52,563 nucleotides of DNA, from contig NC_057718.1 of assembly GCF_004010195.1 (NCBI RefSeq), positions 14,140,492-14,193,054 of the forward strand, written 5' to 3'. This DNA comes from Chiloscyllium plagiosum (Eukaryota). Shown piece by piece: positions 11,561-23,187 of the stretch. The position numbers and the translations under genes were made by a program. The notes beneath the pieces were generated by a model that was not told the DNA's origin, ran no database searches, and was given only the letters and a program-made list of their open reading frames with translations. Position 1 is the stretch's first letter. Each line of letters starts with the position of its first letter.

Positions 11561-12889
11561 TATAGACTACTCCCACGAGTGACTTCTTCCCCTTACTATT
11601 CCTGATGTCCACCCAAATGGATTCAACTTTTTGCTCCTTAGCTCCTACAGTGTCTCTGCCTATCACCCTAATCTCATCCTTAATTAACAGCATGACTCCA
11701 CCTCCTTTATCTTGCTGCCTATCCTGCCTAATACCTGGTACCCTTGGATATTTAATTCCCAGTCATCAACACCCTGCAACCACATTTCTGTAATGGCAAC
11801 TAAATCATATCCCTTTGTACTGATTTTTGCAACAAATTCATCAACTTTATTTTGAATATTATGGGCATTCAGATAAAGTGCCTTTATACTCATTTTCTCT
11901 TTACAATCCAGTAATCTCCCTACCTTTTGCATATGATTCTGTCACCCAGTTTTACTTTTCTCTCTTCTAACTTTTGCCCTGATCTCTGCATTGTTTCCTT
12001 TCTGCCTGGCTTCCCATCCTCTTGCCATTTCAGTCTGCCCTTCCTCACAGTCTCTCTGCTTGTTGTATCTACCTTTACATCAACTGCTGCATCTTCTGAC
12101 CTGACACCCTGGTTCCCAACCCCCTCCCAACCTAGTTTAAAGCTTCTCCACTGGCTGTAGGAAACCTGTCCGCAAGGATATTGGTCCCCCTCGAGTTCAG
12201 GTGTAACCTGTCCCTTTTGTACAGGGCATACCTTCCCCAGAAGAGAACCCAAATGATCTACAAATCTGAAACCCTGCCCCCTGCACCAACTCTTCAGCTA
12301 CACACATCTTCCTATTCCTGCCCTCATGAGTGTGTGGCACAGCCAGCAGCCCAGAAATTACTACACCTGAGGTCCTTGCTAGTATCCCTCCTAACTCCCT
12401 GAATTCACTTTTCATGACCTCATCCCTTTTCCTAGCTAGGTCATTGGTACCGATGTGTACCACGACTTCTGGCTGCTCACTCTCCTCTTTAAGAATGCCG
12501 TAGACTTGATCTGAGACATCCCTGACCCTGGCACCCAGGAGGCAATATACCATCCAGGAGTCTCGCTCTCGTTCACAAAATCTCCTGACTGTTCCCCTAA
12601 CTAATGACTCCCCTATCAATATCAGGTGGGTGGCCTACAGATTACTCCAATCAGTGACTTCTTCCCCTTATTATTCCTGACCTCCATCCAAATGGATTCA
12701 ACATTTTGCTCCTTAGATCCTATACTATCTCTGCCTATCATCCTAATCTCATCCTTAATTAAGAGTGCAACCCTACCTATCTTATCCTTATGACATCAAA
12801 GGTGCTATATAAACATAAGTCTTTTTGTATGGGATGTTTATGATCTGCCTGAACCAACATAGTACATTGGTGAGACTTTGGTTGAACAC

Positions 12890-14130
12890 ATTATCCAAAG
12901 GGCAACAATAAAGAGTCCATGATCTTGGAGGCAGTATAGTGGCATGAATTAAGGAATGGCTAACTATTGGAAGATAGAGAGTTGGGATAAGGGGTGCATT
13001 TTCAGGACGGCACCCTGTAATTAGCAGTGTGCCACAGGGACCAGTGCTGGGGCCACAATTATTTATAGTATATATTAGTGACTTGGATGAGGAAGGTGAA
13101 TGTACTATCTCCATTTTTGCGGATGACACAAGAATAGGTTGGAAGTGGTGAGGATGGCACAAAGATTCTGCAGAGGGTTACAGATAGGTTAAGCGAGTGA
13201 GCAAAACTTGGCAGATGGAATATAATGTGAGTAGGTGTGAGAGTGTACACTTGGGCAGGAAGAAAAGAGGAGGTGAGTATTATTTAAATGAAGAAAGACT
13301 GCAGAAGGCTACAGAACAGAGGGATTCAGGAGTCCTTTTCCATGAATCACAAAAAGCTAGCATCCAAGTTACAGTAGGTAATAGGGAAGGTAAATGGATT
13401 GCAGGTCTCTATTTCTAATGGACTGGAGTATAAAGCTTTGGAAGTCCTGCTAAACTAGTCGAGGCAGTAGATCACAGCTGGAATACTGTGAACAGTTTTG
13501 GACACTGCATCTAAGGAAAGATATACCAGCATTGGAGACAATCCAGAAAAAGTTCACTGGGTTGATACCAAGTATAGAGGGGCTGTTTCATGAGGAAAGG
13601 TTAAGTAGATTGGGCCTGTATTCATTGGAATGTAGAAGAATGAGATGATGTAGGATCTAAGGAGCAAAATGTTGAATCCATTTGGGTGGAGATCAGGAGA
13701 TCAGGAATAATAAGGGGAAGAAGTCACTGGTGTGAGTAATCTATAGACCACCCATCTAATAGTGATAGGAAATTTATTGGTTAGGGGAACAGTCAGGAGA
13801 TTACTGAAATGTACAGGTTGTTTCCCCTTGAGGGAGAGTCGAGGATTCAGAATCTCAAAAGGGGTTGCACATTTCAGCCACAAAATGAAGAGAAATTCCT
13901 TCTTTCAGAGGGTTGTGAACTCTGTCGAATTCTTTATCACAGAGGGCTGTTAATGCTGACCGTTAACTATATTCGAGGCTGAGACAGACAGAATTTTACT
14001 GAGTAAGGGAATGAAGAATTATGGGGGAAAGGCAGGAAAATGGAGTTGAAGATAATCAGGGCAGCCATGATTTCATGAAAGGTGAAGTGGACTAGATGGG
14101 CGAATGGCCTATTTCTGTGACTATATCTCA
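12890..14130 (+). mobile_element. Degenerate CR1 RT and 3' end with an internal foreign CR1 segment (about 13645-13802)
   Basis: AGTGTGCCACAGGGACCAGTGCTGGGGCCA (VPQG.VLGP) and TTTGCGGATGACACA (FADDT) RT motifs; CR1 3' tail at about 14030-14130. Confidence 0.9.
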
Positions 14131-15099
14131 TGGAGTTTGCAGGTTGTTACCTCTGTAACCATCACCAACCCTACAGCATTCTGTATTCCTCTCATTCTTG
14201 TGCACTGTCCACTTTCTTTCCCCAACCAATAATGGTTATCCCCTTAGCTCTTTGGGACCTATTCTCTGGAATTCTTCTCCCCAGACTCCTTCAGGTCTGC
14301 AGCTGTCCCCTCCATTAGCCTGAAAGATGCTGTGTAAAAACCTACCCTTTAGATCAAGTGTTTTTTGTTTATTATTCCATCAGGGATGTTGTTGGGGTTG
14401 CTGACTAGTCCAGCATTTGTTGCCCATTCCTAGTTGCTTTTGAACAATTGCTGGTGAATTGCCGTTTTGAATCACTGCACTCGATTTATGTTAGTACCTC
14501 ACAGAGCCCTAAGATATCTTAAGTGGCTCGGTGTCAGAGTTTGTCACTGCTCCTATGAAGCACAATGGGATGTTTTACTGCATTAAAGACACTGTATAAA
14601 TGTAAATTGTTGTTTAATGCTATCTGAACTAATACCATGTTATACTAATGACTTTGTCACAAACCACTAAGGATAGATTAATATTACAGATAGGGATGAT
14701 GCATCTGAACAGACAGTTCATTGAATGCAAAGGTAACTGTGCAATGTCATTGTTCATTAAGTTTTGAAGCCAAGTTTACTGCATTTACCATTCCTGATTG
14801 TGAAACTCTCCTATTAGCAAACCTTAATGGTCCTCCATGTCCCACACATTCCTGCTTTTCATTTGGGACTGTTCTGTAAACATTTTTTTTGGCAATGTAA
14901 AAGGCACTATATAAATGCATGTTACTGCTATATTGCTAAATTACCATTTTTGATTAGACTTTCCACTGCAGCCATCAGCCTGGAACCCAAAGCCTTTTGA
15001 TTCAGTGGCATGAAGTAAATTCAGCTGAGGGAACTTGATGCAAATTGGAGGGTTAAATAAACACTCATGAATAATGTTAATCTGAGACAGAATGTCTTA

Positions 15100-15220
15100 A
15101 ATAAAAGAAAGAAATACTGCAGATGCTGGAATTCTGAAATAAAAATATGAGGACTGAAGAAACTCTGCAGGTGAGATAGAAATAGAGTTCATGTTGTGAG
15201 TCCAGTATGACTCTTCTTGC
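15100..15220 (-). mobile_element. Old Penelope-like terminal fragment
   Basis: AAATACTGCAGATGCTGGAATTCTGAAATAAAA terminus, homologous to 15420-15535 and 28923-29056. Confidence 0.6.
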
Positions 15221-15414
15221 AAAATCCTTGCTGAAATTTCAATTTTTCATTGGCATATTGAATGCACCTTTTCATTTGGAACATAATTTTTAAAAAATCA
15301 GTTATGGTTTGGCTGATGGTGTGTACCACTGTGTTAAGTGTTGTACGTTAGCCTGTTTCACATTTAACAGTATTTTCCAAAAGTTACACTCCTCGGCAAA
15401 AGGGCTCCACGAGA

Positions 15415-15972
15415 GAAATGAACAATACTGCAGATGCTGAAGTAAAACTTGATAATGCTGGAGAAACCCAGCAGGTCTGGCAGCATCTGTGGAGAGAGAA
15501 ACACAGTGTGTTTCAGTCCAGTCTGACTCTTCTTTGGAACTGTAAGGAAGCAGCAATGTGTTTTATGACATTGAAAGGGGAGAAGGAAGAAAAGGGAAGA
15601 TCAGGGATAGGGTAGAGGTCTGGAAAGATTAAACGTTAAGTCATGGATCAGAAGGCAAAGGGAGTGGTAATGACTGCAGTGAAAAAGACAAAGCATTTGC
15701 CCAGAAAGAGTGTAAGTGACAGAATAATCAACAGTTCAAATCAAAAACGTGAAAAACAAGACTCACATGTCAGAAGAACCAAAATCAAAATGAGGGACAG
15801 AGCTCATATCCAAAGGTGTTGAACTCAGTGTTGAGACCAGAAGGTTGTATAATGCTTAATTGGAAGATGATAGGCTGTTCCCTACGCTTTCATCGAGCGT
15901 GACTGGAATACTGCAGCAGACTGCGGACAGACATGTGAGAGCGCTGTGATGAATTAAAATGGCAAGCAGTCC
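15415..15972 (-). mobile_element. Penelope-like element 3' end (GIY-YIG C-terminus plus terminal repeat)
   Basis: The minus strand of about 15810-15970 translates to CHFNSSQRSHMSVRSLLQY...EQPIIFQLSIIQPSGLNTEFNTF, the PLE GIY-YIG C-terminal pattern (HFN...E...IF.L....P.GLN). Confidence 0.8.
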
Positions 15973-15984
15973 AAAGCTGGACAG

Positions 15985-16270
15985 AGACCTGAGTACAAAC
16001 ATCTAGACTGATGCTGCAGGACTGAGGGGGTGCTGTGCTATTGGGAGTCGCATTTTTCAACTAAACCAAAACCCTGCGCTCCCTCACGAGTGGATGTTAA
16101 ATATCCCATGGCATTATTCCGAACAAGAGGCAGGGGGAGTTATCCTGGGCATCCTGTTCAATTTTTATATCTCAATCAATATCACAAAATTACTGATGAC
16201 CCTGTTTTTATCACCTCGCTGTTTAAGGAGCTTGCTGTGAGCAAATTGGTTGTGATGTTTCTGTCTGTCA
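15985..16270 (+). mobile_element. Deu-domain SINE
   Basis: GCAGGACTGAGGGGGTGCTGTGC...GTGGATGTTAAATATCCCATGGCATTATTCCGAACAAGAGGCAGGGG...GAGCTTGCTGTGAGCAAATTGG. Confidence 0.8.
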
Positions 16271-16452
16271 ATAATCATTTCATAGAAATTGAGAACATTG
16301 TGACACTTCGTTTAAATACAAGCTTTTCCCTAAGGTTTATCAAATGTAGTTCGTCATTAATTCAGTTAATCATATTTACAAGTCAGTGGTGATGGTGATT
16401 TTAGAGAATGGCAATAGCTGTGTAAAACCCAGGTTTGTTCTCAGTGTTGGGG

Positions 16453-16943
16453 CTCAGAAAAGATTTACAAGGATGTTGCCAGGGTTGGAGAATTTGAGTT
16501 TTAGGAAGAGGCTGAACAGGCTGGGGCTGTTTTCCCTGGAGCGCCGGAGGCTGAGGGGTGACCTTATAGAGGTTTACAAAATCATGAGGCACATGGATAG
16601 GAAAAATAGACAAAGTCTTTTCCCTGGGGTGGGGGAGTCCAGCACTAGAGGGCACAGGTTTAAGGTGAGAGGGGAAAGATATAACAGACACCGAAGGGGC
16701 AATCCTTTCACGCAGAGGGTGGTGCATGTATGGAATGAGCTGCCAGAGGAAGTGGTGGAGGCTGGTACAATTGCAACATTTAACAGGCATTTGGATGAGT
16801 ATATGAATAGGAAGGATTTGGAGGGATATGGGCCGGGTGCTGGCAGGTGGGACTAGATTGGGTTGAGATATCTGGTCGGCATGGACGGGTTGGACCGAAG
16901 GGTCTATTTCCATGCTGTACATCTCTATGGCTCTATGACTCTA
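16453..16943 (+). mobile_element. CR1 3' fragment (inverted partner of 26173-26640)
   Basis: QKRFTRMLPGL...RRRLRGDLIEVYKIM...RVVHVWNELPEEVVEA; (CTCTATGA)n tail. Confidence 0.95.
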
Positions 16944-17037
16944 TTCTGGGAAGGGTAAGGGGGTGGTAGCTGAGAAAATTAAAGTAAAACTTAATTAAAG
17001 CAAACTAAAATTAAGTTCCCTGATATTTCATTGATAA

Positions 17038-17250
17038 CAATAATAGCTTATATTTATAAAGCACCATTAACATAATGAAACCTTCCAACTTGTGTAACAG
17101 AGCAATAGCATTAAAGTGTAACACCAGGCCACTAGGGAGATATTAGGACAAAGTATGATCAAAGAAGAAGTTATAATGAGGGTCTTAAAGGAGGTAAGCG
17201 AGGTAGAGAGACAGAGAGATGTTGGCTGGGAAACAAAGAGTTTAGGGCTG
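17038..17250 (-). mobile_element. Old L2-like LINE 3' tail
   Basis: AATAATAGCTTATATTTATAAAGCACC terminus and TTAAAGGAGGTAAGCGAGGTAGAGAG body; related copies at about 14560-14615, 18000-18170, 30930-31100 and 45220-45410. Confidence 0.55.
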
Positions 17251-17264
17251 AGTCAACTCTGCGG

Positions 17265-17436
17265 GTACAGTTACAGAGTTTAAATGATATTTGGATAAGT
17301 ACATGAATAAGAAATGTTTGGAGGGATATGGCCTATGTGCAGAGAGGTGGGACTAGTTTAGTTTGGGATTGTGGTCGGCATGGACTGGTTGGACCATAGG
17401 GTCTGTTTCCGTGCTGTATGACTTTATAACTCTATA
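17265..17436 (+). mobile_element. CR1 3' end fragment
   Basis: TTTAAATGATATTTGGATAAGTACATGAAT...GGTCTGTTTCCGTGCTGTATGACT. Confidence 0.9.
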
Positions 17437-18519
17437 ATTAAAAACCCATGAAAGGAGTAGCTATAAGAAACTAGGCTTAATGCTGATAACAGAGAGTTGT
17501 GGGGCCAAAGGAGATTGCAGAGATAGGGAGGGGTAAAGCATGGAGTAATTCAAAATCCAGCGTGAGAATTTTCACATGGGTCTGTCTTCTGCAATGTGAC
17601 TAAGGAAGAGAAGGAATAGAAGCACCAATTCTAGAAGGATTTGAGTCAAATGGACTAATGGAAACATTTTTCTTCACTGTCAGCTGCCCATTATATTTCT
17701 TTGTACGAGTGCTTTATGGTTAAGTGCCAGGGATCTCTTAATTGAGAAGGGGGATTGAGATAGATGTCATATTTTTCATTTCTCAACACAAGTCACAGTG
17801 CGGCTTCCATTCTGCTTGCTCATCTGAAGACTGGATCAAGAACTAAATAAACTTACTGAACTGAAACAGACTGATTCCAATTGTTATCAGATTTGGGACC
17901 TAATCCAAACACCCTCCAGTTGAACAGTAAATGTATTTATTTAGCCACTGGACTATACAATTGTTCTTCACTAGAAATTGTGCCTTCTGCTATTTAAACC
18001 CAAAACTCTGGAATTTTCATCTGAAACTCTCTACCCTTCTCCATTAAAACCTTCCACTTTGATGAAGCTGCCCAGATATCTCCTCATGTGGCCTGGTCAC
18101 ATTAACTTAGTTTATAAAGAACATTGAGAATTTTTCAATGTGTTAAAGGTGCCATATAGTTTGTATTGTAATTTTGTACAAGAATTTTTGTTGTAAAGAA
18201 TTTAGCTGAGGTTATAATTCTACCCTGCGGGATTATAGGGTGAGATCTCTCTTGAGTTATTGATTGAAGTTGAAAATATTTGACAGGACCTAAGAATTAT
18301 TCGGTAAAATATTTTAACACAGTTCAGCAACAAGCCAGAGCTTAGATATTGCAGACGTGTAATTGGATTTGAATGATTATTGCCACTTGCATGTTATAGT
18401 GTGTAATACAGTAAAATACAGTGAAAAGCATCAATAATGAGCTACTTCTTGTATTTTAGGGGAGTTCATTAAGTAACTGGTACCCTGCTGGTAATGCAGG
18501 ATGAGGTGCTTATATAATT

Positions 18520-18965
18520 GGTCAAGTAATACAGACGTCTGGACCAATGTTCAAATCCCATTACAGCAGTTGGAGAAATGTGCATATAATTAATACATCG
18601 TGGATAAAAATACTCATTAATGATGATCCTGGATCTGGCAGGGGGTTGTAAAAGCCCATCTAGTTCCCACTTTTCTCAGTAATCAAGGAAGATGGGGAGT
18701 GGGGGGGTGTTTGGAGATTATAACCTGAGGTCAACCCGAGGGTTAGCCATTGTGAAGGTGACAGTGTAGTGGCACTGCCTGTGGGTTAGTAATCTGGGAG
18801 GCTGAGACGAAAGCTGTGGGAGCATGAGTTCACACTCTGCTGTGGTAGCTGGTGGAATTTAAAATTCAACTAATAGGATTATTCTAGAAGGTTAATCTCA
18901 GTAGTGGTGACTGTAACAACTCTGATCAATGTGGTAAACACCCAGCTGGTTCACTAATCCCTTTT
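18520..18965 (+). mobile_element. Two copies of a tRNA-headed SINE-like repeat
   Basis: GTTCAAATCCCA..A.(T/C)AGC(A/T)G.TGGA...GTAAAA..CCCA.CT(A/G)GTTC.C motif twice; related minus-strand copies at about 24000-24220 and 25660-25790. Confidence 0.55.
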
Positions 18966-19434
18966 ACAAAGAACAAAGAAAATTTACAGCCCAGGAACAG
19001 GCCCTTCAGCCCTCCAAGCCCTGAGCCGATCCAAATCCACTGTCTAAACCTGTCGCCCAATTCCTAAGCATCTGTATCCTCTGCTCCCCGCCTACTCATG
19101 CATCTGTCCAGATGCATCTTTAAATGAATCTACCATGCCTGCCTCTACTACCTCAGCTGGCAATGTGTTCCAGGCACCTACCACCCTCGTGTAAAGTACT
19201 TGCCGTGTAAACCCCCTTAAAAACCTTTCACCTCTCACCTTGAAAGCATGACCTCTCGTTATTGAATCTTTCACCTTGGGAAAAAGTTTATCTCTATCGA
19301 CGCTGCCTATACCCTTAATGATTTTGTAGACCTCAATCGGGTTTCCAACCCCACCGCCCCCCCATCTCCTTTTCTCTAATGGAAACAAACCTAACCTACT
19401 CAACCTCTTTTCATAGCTAGCACCTTCCATACAA
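18966..19434 (-). mobile_element. CR1 3' fragment
   Basis: ORF 19092-19457: YEKRLSRLGLFPLEKRR...IEVYKII...TRGHAFKVRG...WNTLPAEVVEA. Confidence 0.9.
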
Positions 19435-19669
19435 GGTGGTATGGAAGGCGTTAGCACTGCTGCCTGTCTCTCTGAATCTGAGAGACAGACGGCAGTGATA
19501 GCTGAAGATTATGATTTATAAAACTAAACTTTTTTTTTGTTTTACCATCGATCCAGAATGCACCTTATATACCAATCCATGACCTCTCCCTCCAACACCT
19601 CTCGGTTTGAATTCTGCACCCTCACCGTCCGTTAGCACCGACCTTAGGGAAGGAGATCTGCCGACTGAA

Positions 19670-19818
19670 TTGGGACACTGTTTCTGAAGCACAAACTGTT
19701 AAAACATATGCTTGCAGTAACTCAATTACAACACTTTAAGTGCTGTTTCTAAAGCGCAATTTTTCAGTAACACAGGATTGCACAGGATGCAATATCGAGT
19801 TATAGAAGAGTTACCTGG
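19670..19818. mobile_element. Possible pogo/Tigger-like DNA transposon end
   Basis: Ends ...GAGTTATAGAAGAGTTACCTG, resembling a CAGGTA..TCTTCTATAAC.CG Tigger-type TIR; the second TIR was not found. Confidence 0.35.
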
Positions 19819-19829
19819 TCATAGCGCCT

Positions 19830-20200
19830 CAGGATGACTCCTAGCTGATAAAGTACACCTTTCTCATGTCAGTAACTATTATCATGGAAAAAAATTGCAG
19901 CAGCCAGTGTGTGCGCAGCAAATTCCCACAGGTGGCAACGTGATAAATCAGCAGAAACTCTGCTGTCTCATGTCATCTGAGGTCAAATATTGGTCAGGAT
20001 TCCAGGGAGAAACTGCCCAGCACTTCTTTGGAAAGTTATCACAGCTTGCCTTTATTTCTGAGATTCACCAGGGACAGTACAAATGGGGCTATCCAAAAGA
20101 GAGCACTACTGACAGTTCAGCATTCCCTTGGCATTGCACTGCAGAGTTAACTGACGGGTCCCAAAATCTGGGGTGGGACTTGAAACCCTGCCCGAGTCAG
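19830..20200 (-). mobile_element. Deu-domain SINE
   Basis: GCAGCCAGTGTGTGCGCAGCAAATTCCCACA...AAATATTGGTCAGGA...CAGCATTCCCT...TGGGACTTGAA. Confidence 0.7.
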
Positions 20201-20520
20201 AGTGGGAAGAGGTTGGCCACTCAGCAGAAACTGTGTCAGAAAGGAAATCTTGCTCAATCCCTACTTGTAACGAGTGACTATTGAGAATCCAATGGGTTAA
20301 AATAAATCAGCAAGAGTTCTAATCGAAGGCATACAATGGCAGATCCTTCTGCATTGCAAAGCTTCATAACCAGGCAGGACATTGAGTGGCCTGGAGGGAG
20401 CAGAAGATACTTGGCTAGATAGAATGAGCCCAGCCAGCTGCGCAGCTCATGAATATTTCAAGGTCTTTCCATTCAAACCTTTCACAAGGGAGACGACATG
20501 TGCTTGTATGACAGGGATGG

Positions 20521-20831
20521 GATTAGATTAGATTACTTAGTGTGGAAACAGGCCCTTCGGCCCAACAAGTCCACACCGCCCCGCCGAAGCGCAACCCACC
20601 CATACCCCTACCTTTACCCCTTACCTAACACTACGGGCAATTTAGCATAGCCAATTCACCTGACCTGCACATCTTTGGACTGTGGGAGGAAACCAGAGCA
20701 TCCGGAGGAAACCCACGCAGACACGGGGAGAACGTGCAAACTCCACACAGTCAGTCGCCTGAGGCAGGAATTGAACCCGGGTCTCTGGCGCTGTGAGGCA
20801 GCAGTGCTAACCACTGTGCCACCGTGCCACC
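20521..20831 (-). mobile_element. Full-length HE1/V-type tRNA-derived SINE with CR1-like tail, 8-bp TSD
   Basis: Minus strand GGCACGGTGGCACAGTGGTTAGCACTGCTGCC (A box)...GGTTCAATTCC (B box)...GTGGAGTTTGCACGTTCTCCCCGTG (V domain)...(AATCT)n; TSD CAGGGATG at 20512-20519 and 20832-20839. Confidence 0.92.
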
Positions 20832-21529
20832 CAGGGATGTTTTTAACAACGTGGTAAAGTCAGGAAGGTGGGGTAGGGGAGATGGTTTTTTGTTTTATCC
20901 TCCTCTGCCCACTCTGGCATAGAGTCAGACAAAGAGCAGACACTGGTTAATAGCTCATGGCACCCTTCACTGCCAATCAGCTGGCTGTTTCCAGGCCGCC
21001 TGATCTCCACACTGAACAAGCCAGCTCTGGCTTGCCTGTCACTGTCCCTGCTTCAGATAGCTTCGTGACACAGATCCCAATAGCATTTCAAGGTAAGACG
21101 TGGGATTTTAATTAGGATTTATTTACTTGCTAACAGCGGAAAGCTGTTCCTTTGAGCATCCGACAGGTGAGAGAGAAAGACCTTGCTGGAAATAAACATA
21201 GCAAAGGAGCAATTTTCAAATCCCGTTGCCTTGTTCACTCAGCATCAATGCAATGCATGTTCTCAATATAGATTGGAGATGATTGAATTGGAGAATTAGG
21301 TGAAGATTTAGGTTGGTTATCTGTAAGGGCTGTTTCTGAGACACCACGGCATTGTTCACTGAAGACATTCACATTGTCTGGCTCAGCACTAACATTGTTA
21401 ATTGGTTAGTGAGTTTGTGTTCTTTATTGTGAGGGCCCATTGATAATCGTTTGGGTGGAATTGAGCTTCCTGGTTTCTGCTTGAACACACCAACTCTTTC
21501 TTCACTTAATCCCCCGATAATGAATGTTT

Positions 21530-21750
21530 TTGTTTGAGGTGATGATTGAGAGATAAATATTGGCCAAGCCACCCCATTCTCCTTCAAAATATTGCCATGA
21601 TTACCTATAATGGGAGACAGGATTAACCCCTCATTTGAAAGACTGCACCTCTGACAGAGCAGCATTCCCTCCGCACTATGCTGGCATGTCAGCCTGGTCT
21701 ACTTGCCTTTTGGATTCAGGAGTGGGATTTGAACTCTCGACTTCTGAGCA
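21530..21750 (-). mobile_element. Deu-domain SINE fragment
   Basis: GATAAATATTGGCCAAG...CTCATTTGAAAGACTGCACCTCTGACAGAGCAGCATTCCCTC...GTGGGATTTGAAC. Confidence 0.75.
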
Positions 21751-21808
21751 CCTGAATGGGTCGGCAGGGAACAGTCAGGGGTGCTGTCTTTCACCCATTC
21801 TGGATTAA

Positions 21809-22068
21809 TGATTTGGAGATGCCAGTGTTGGACTGGGGTGTACAAAGTTAAAATCACACAACACCAGATTATAGTCCAACAGGTTTAATTGGAAGCACAC
21901 TACTTTCGGAGCGACGCACCTTCGTCAGGTGATAGTGGAGGGCTCAATCCTCCACCATTGGGATTGAGCCCTCCACTATCACCTGATGAAGGAGCGACGC
22001 TCCGAAAGCTAGTGTGCTTCCAATTAAACTGTTGGACTATAACCTGGTGTTGTGTGATTTTTAACTTA
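21809..22068. mobile_element. Palindromic Penelope-like insertion (family B) with hammerhead cores on both arms, 12-bp TSD
   Basis: Inverted arms of about 105 bp around the loop TCCACCATTG; TSD ATTCTGGATTAA at 21797-21808 and 22069-22080. Confidence 0.92.
21978..22015 (+). ncRNA. Minimal type I hammerhead ribozyme motif (PLE-associated)
   Basis: CAC-CTGATGA(21983-21989)-A-GGAGC gac GCTCC-GAAA-GC-TA-GTG: intact core, 5-bp helix II, palindromic AGCT helix III, CAC/GTG helix I. Confidence 0.7.
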
Positions 22069-22094
22069 ATTCTGGATTAAAGTCACCTTGAGCT

Positions 22095-22442
22095 TGGTGG
22101 CTTTCTGATTGACACTGCTGCCTCACAGCACCAGGGACCTGGGTTCGATTCCAACCTCGGGCGACAGTCTGTGAGGAGTTTGCACATTCTCCCCATGTCC
22201 GTGTGGGTTTCTTCTGGGTGCTCCAGTTTCTGCCCACAGTCCAAAAGATGTCCAGGTTAGGTGAATTGACCATGCTAAATTGCCCATACTGAGTAGGGAT
22301 GCGCAGGCTAGGTGGGTTAGCCATGGGAAATGCAGGGCTATGGGGATAGGGTGAAGGGGTGGCCTGGGTGGGATGCTATTTGGTAGGTTGCTGTGGACCA
22401 AATAGGCTGCATGGTCTGCTTCCCCACTGTAGGGATTCTGTG
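22095..22442 (+). mobile_element. HE1/V-type SINE
   Basis: CACTGCTGCCTCACAGCACCAGGGACCTGGGTTCGATTCC...GAGTTTGCACATTCTCCCC...GTAGGGATTCTGTGA tail. Confidence 0.9.
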
Positions 22443-22629
22443 AAATGGTTTCCTAAAATAATGAACTGAATGTAATCAGTGTGTCAGGATTATAATTGGA
22501 CCCCATTGAAATATTGAATGCCTTAAGTGGCTTCACAATCGTGTCTGGGAGTCTGAGGTTTTGCAAAGAATGCCACTAGTTTAATGATACGCTGACTTAA
22601 CCCAGCGAAGGGCACGAGGTGGCACCCTC

Positions 22630-23187
22630 ACCTGTTATCGTTCAGATGTCATGAGGTTCTAGGTTTAAGTGCCACCCCAGAGACTATAAGAGTGAGTAGT
22701 GCAGGTGGACACTCTGAGGGCATTCTACTCCGTCTTTCCGAAGAGACGTTTAACCTGAGGTCTTGTCTCATCCTCTGTCGTAGACATAAAGAATCCCAGG
22801 GCATTATTTTGACGAAGAGCAGGGGCATTCTCCCTAGTGCCCAATATTTCACCTTGTTTGGGCAGTCCATCGGTATGGGGGATAACACTCTCTCTTCCAC
22901 TCCAATGCTGGGTGATACACCCTCCTGTGGGCTAGGGGCTGTTTGAAAAGGCAGGTGGGTACGACACTTGGGTTTCTGCATGTTCCTTCTGCTGCTTGCG
23001 TTTGATTTCCCCCCGCCCCCCCCCCCCCCATCCTCCCCAATCTGGGTTTATCCGTGACATAGTGGGGGTTGTGCATGTGTTACAATGTTTAACCCCCTCC
23101 TCTCAATTGGCATCACACAAGCAGATTGTCAGGGGTTGCTGTCACATTTCAGTTCTATGGGAGCTTGCTGTGTGCAAATTGAATGCA
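22630..23187 (+). mobile_element. Deu-domain SINE interrupted by about 240 bp of other sequence
   Basis: CCGTCTTTCCGAAGAGACGTTTAACCTGAGG...GAAGAGCAGGGGCATTCTCCC...CCAATATTT; resumes at about 23095 with ...GGGAGCTTGCTGTGTGCAAATTG. Confidence 0.7.

Larger units (their letters stand above)
10709..12620 (-). mobile_element. CR1 LINE 5' part: ORF1 SGNH-esterase domain and ORF2 AP-endonuclease, degenerate and interrupted by two PLE insertions
   Basis: ORF 12197-12619 IGESLVRG...GARVRDV...VVVHIGTND (CR1 ORF1 esterase); ALYLNAHNIQNKVDE...DLVAITEMWL, MGDLNVHIDW and LEQHITKPTRERAIFNLVL (APE domain). Confidence 0.9.

Noticed and set aside
12197..12619. SGNH/GDSL esterase-like ORF as a host enzyme
   Set aside because: It is the esterase domain of CR1 ORF1, directly upstream of the AP-endonuclease.
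20760..20831. tRNA gene (A and B boxes)
   Set aside because: tRNA-derived head of an HE1/V-SINE, followed by the V domain and CR1 tail.
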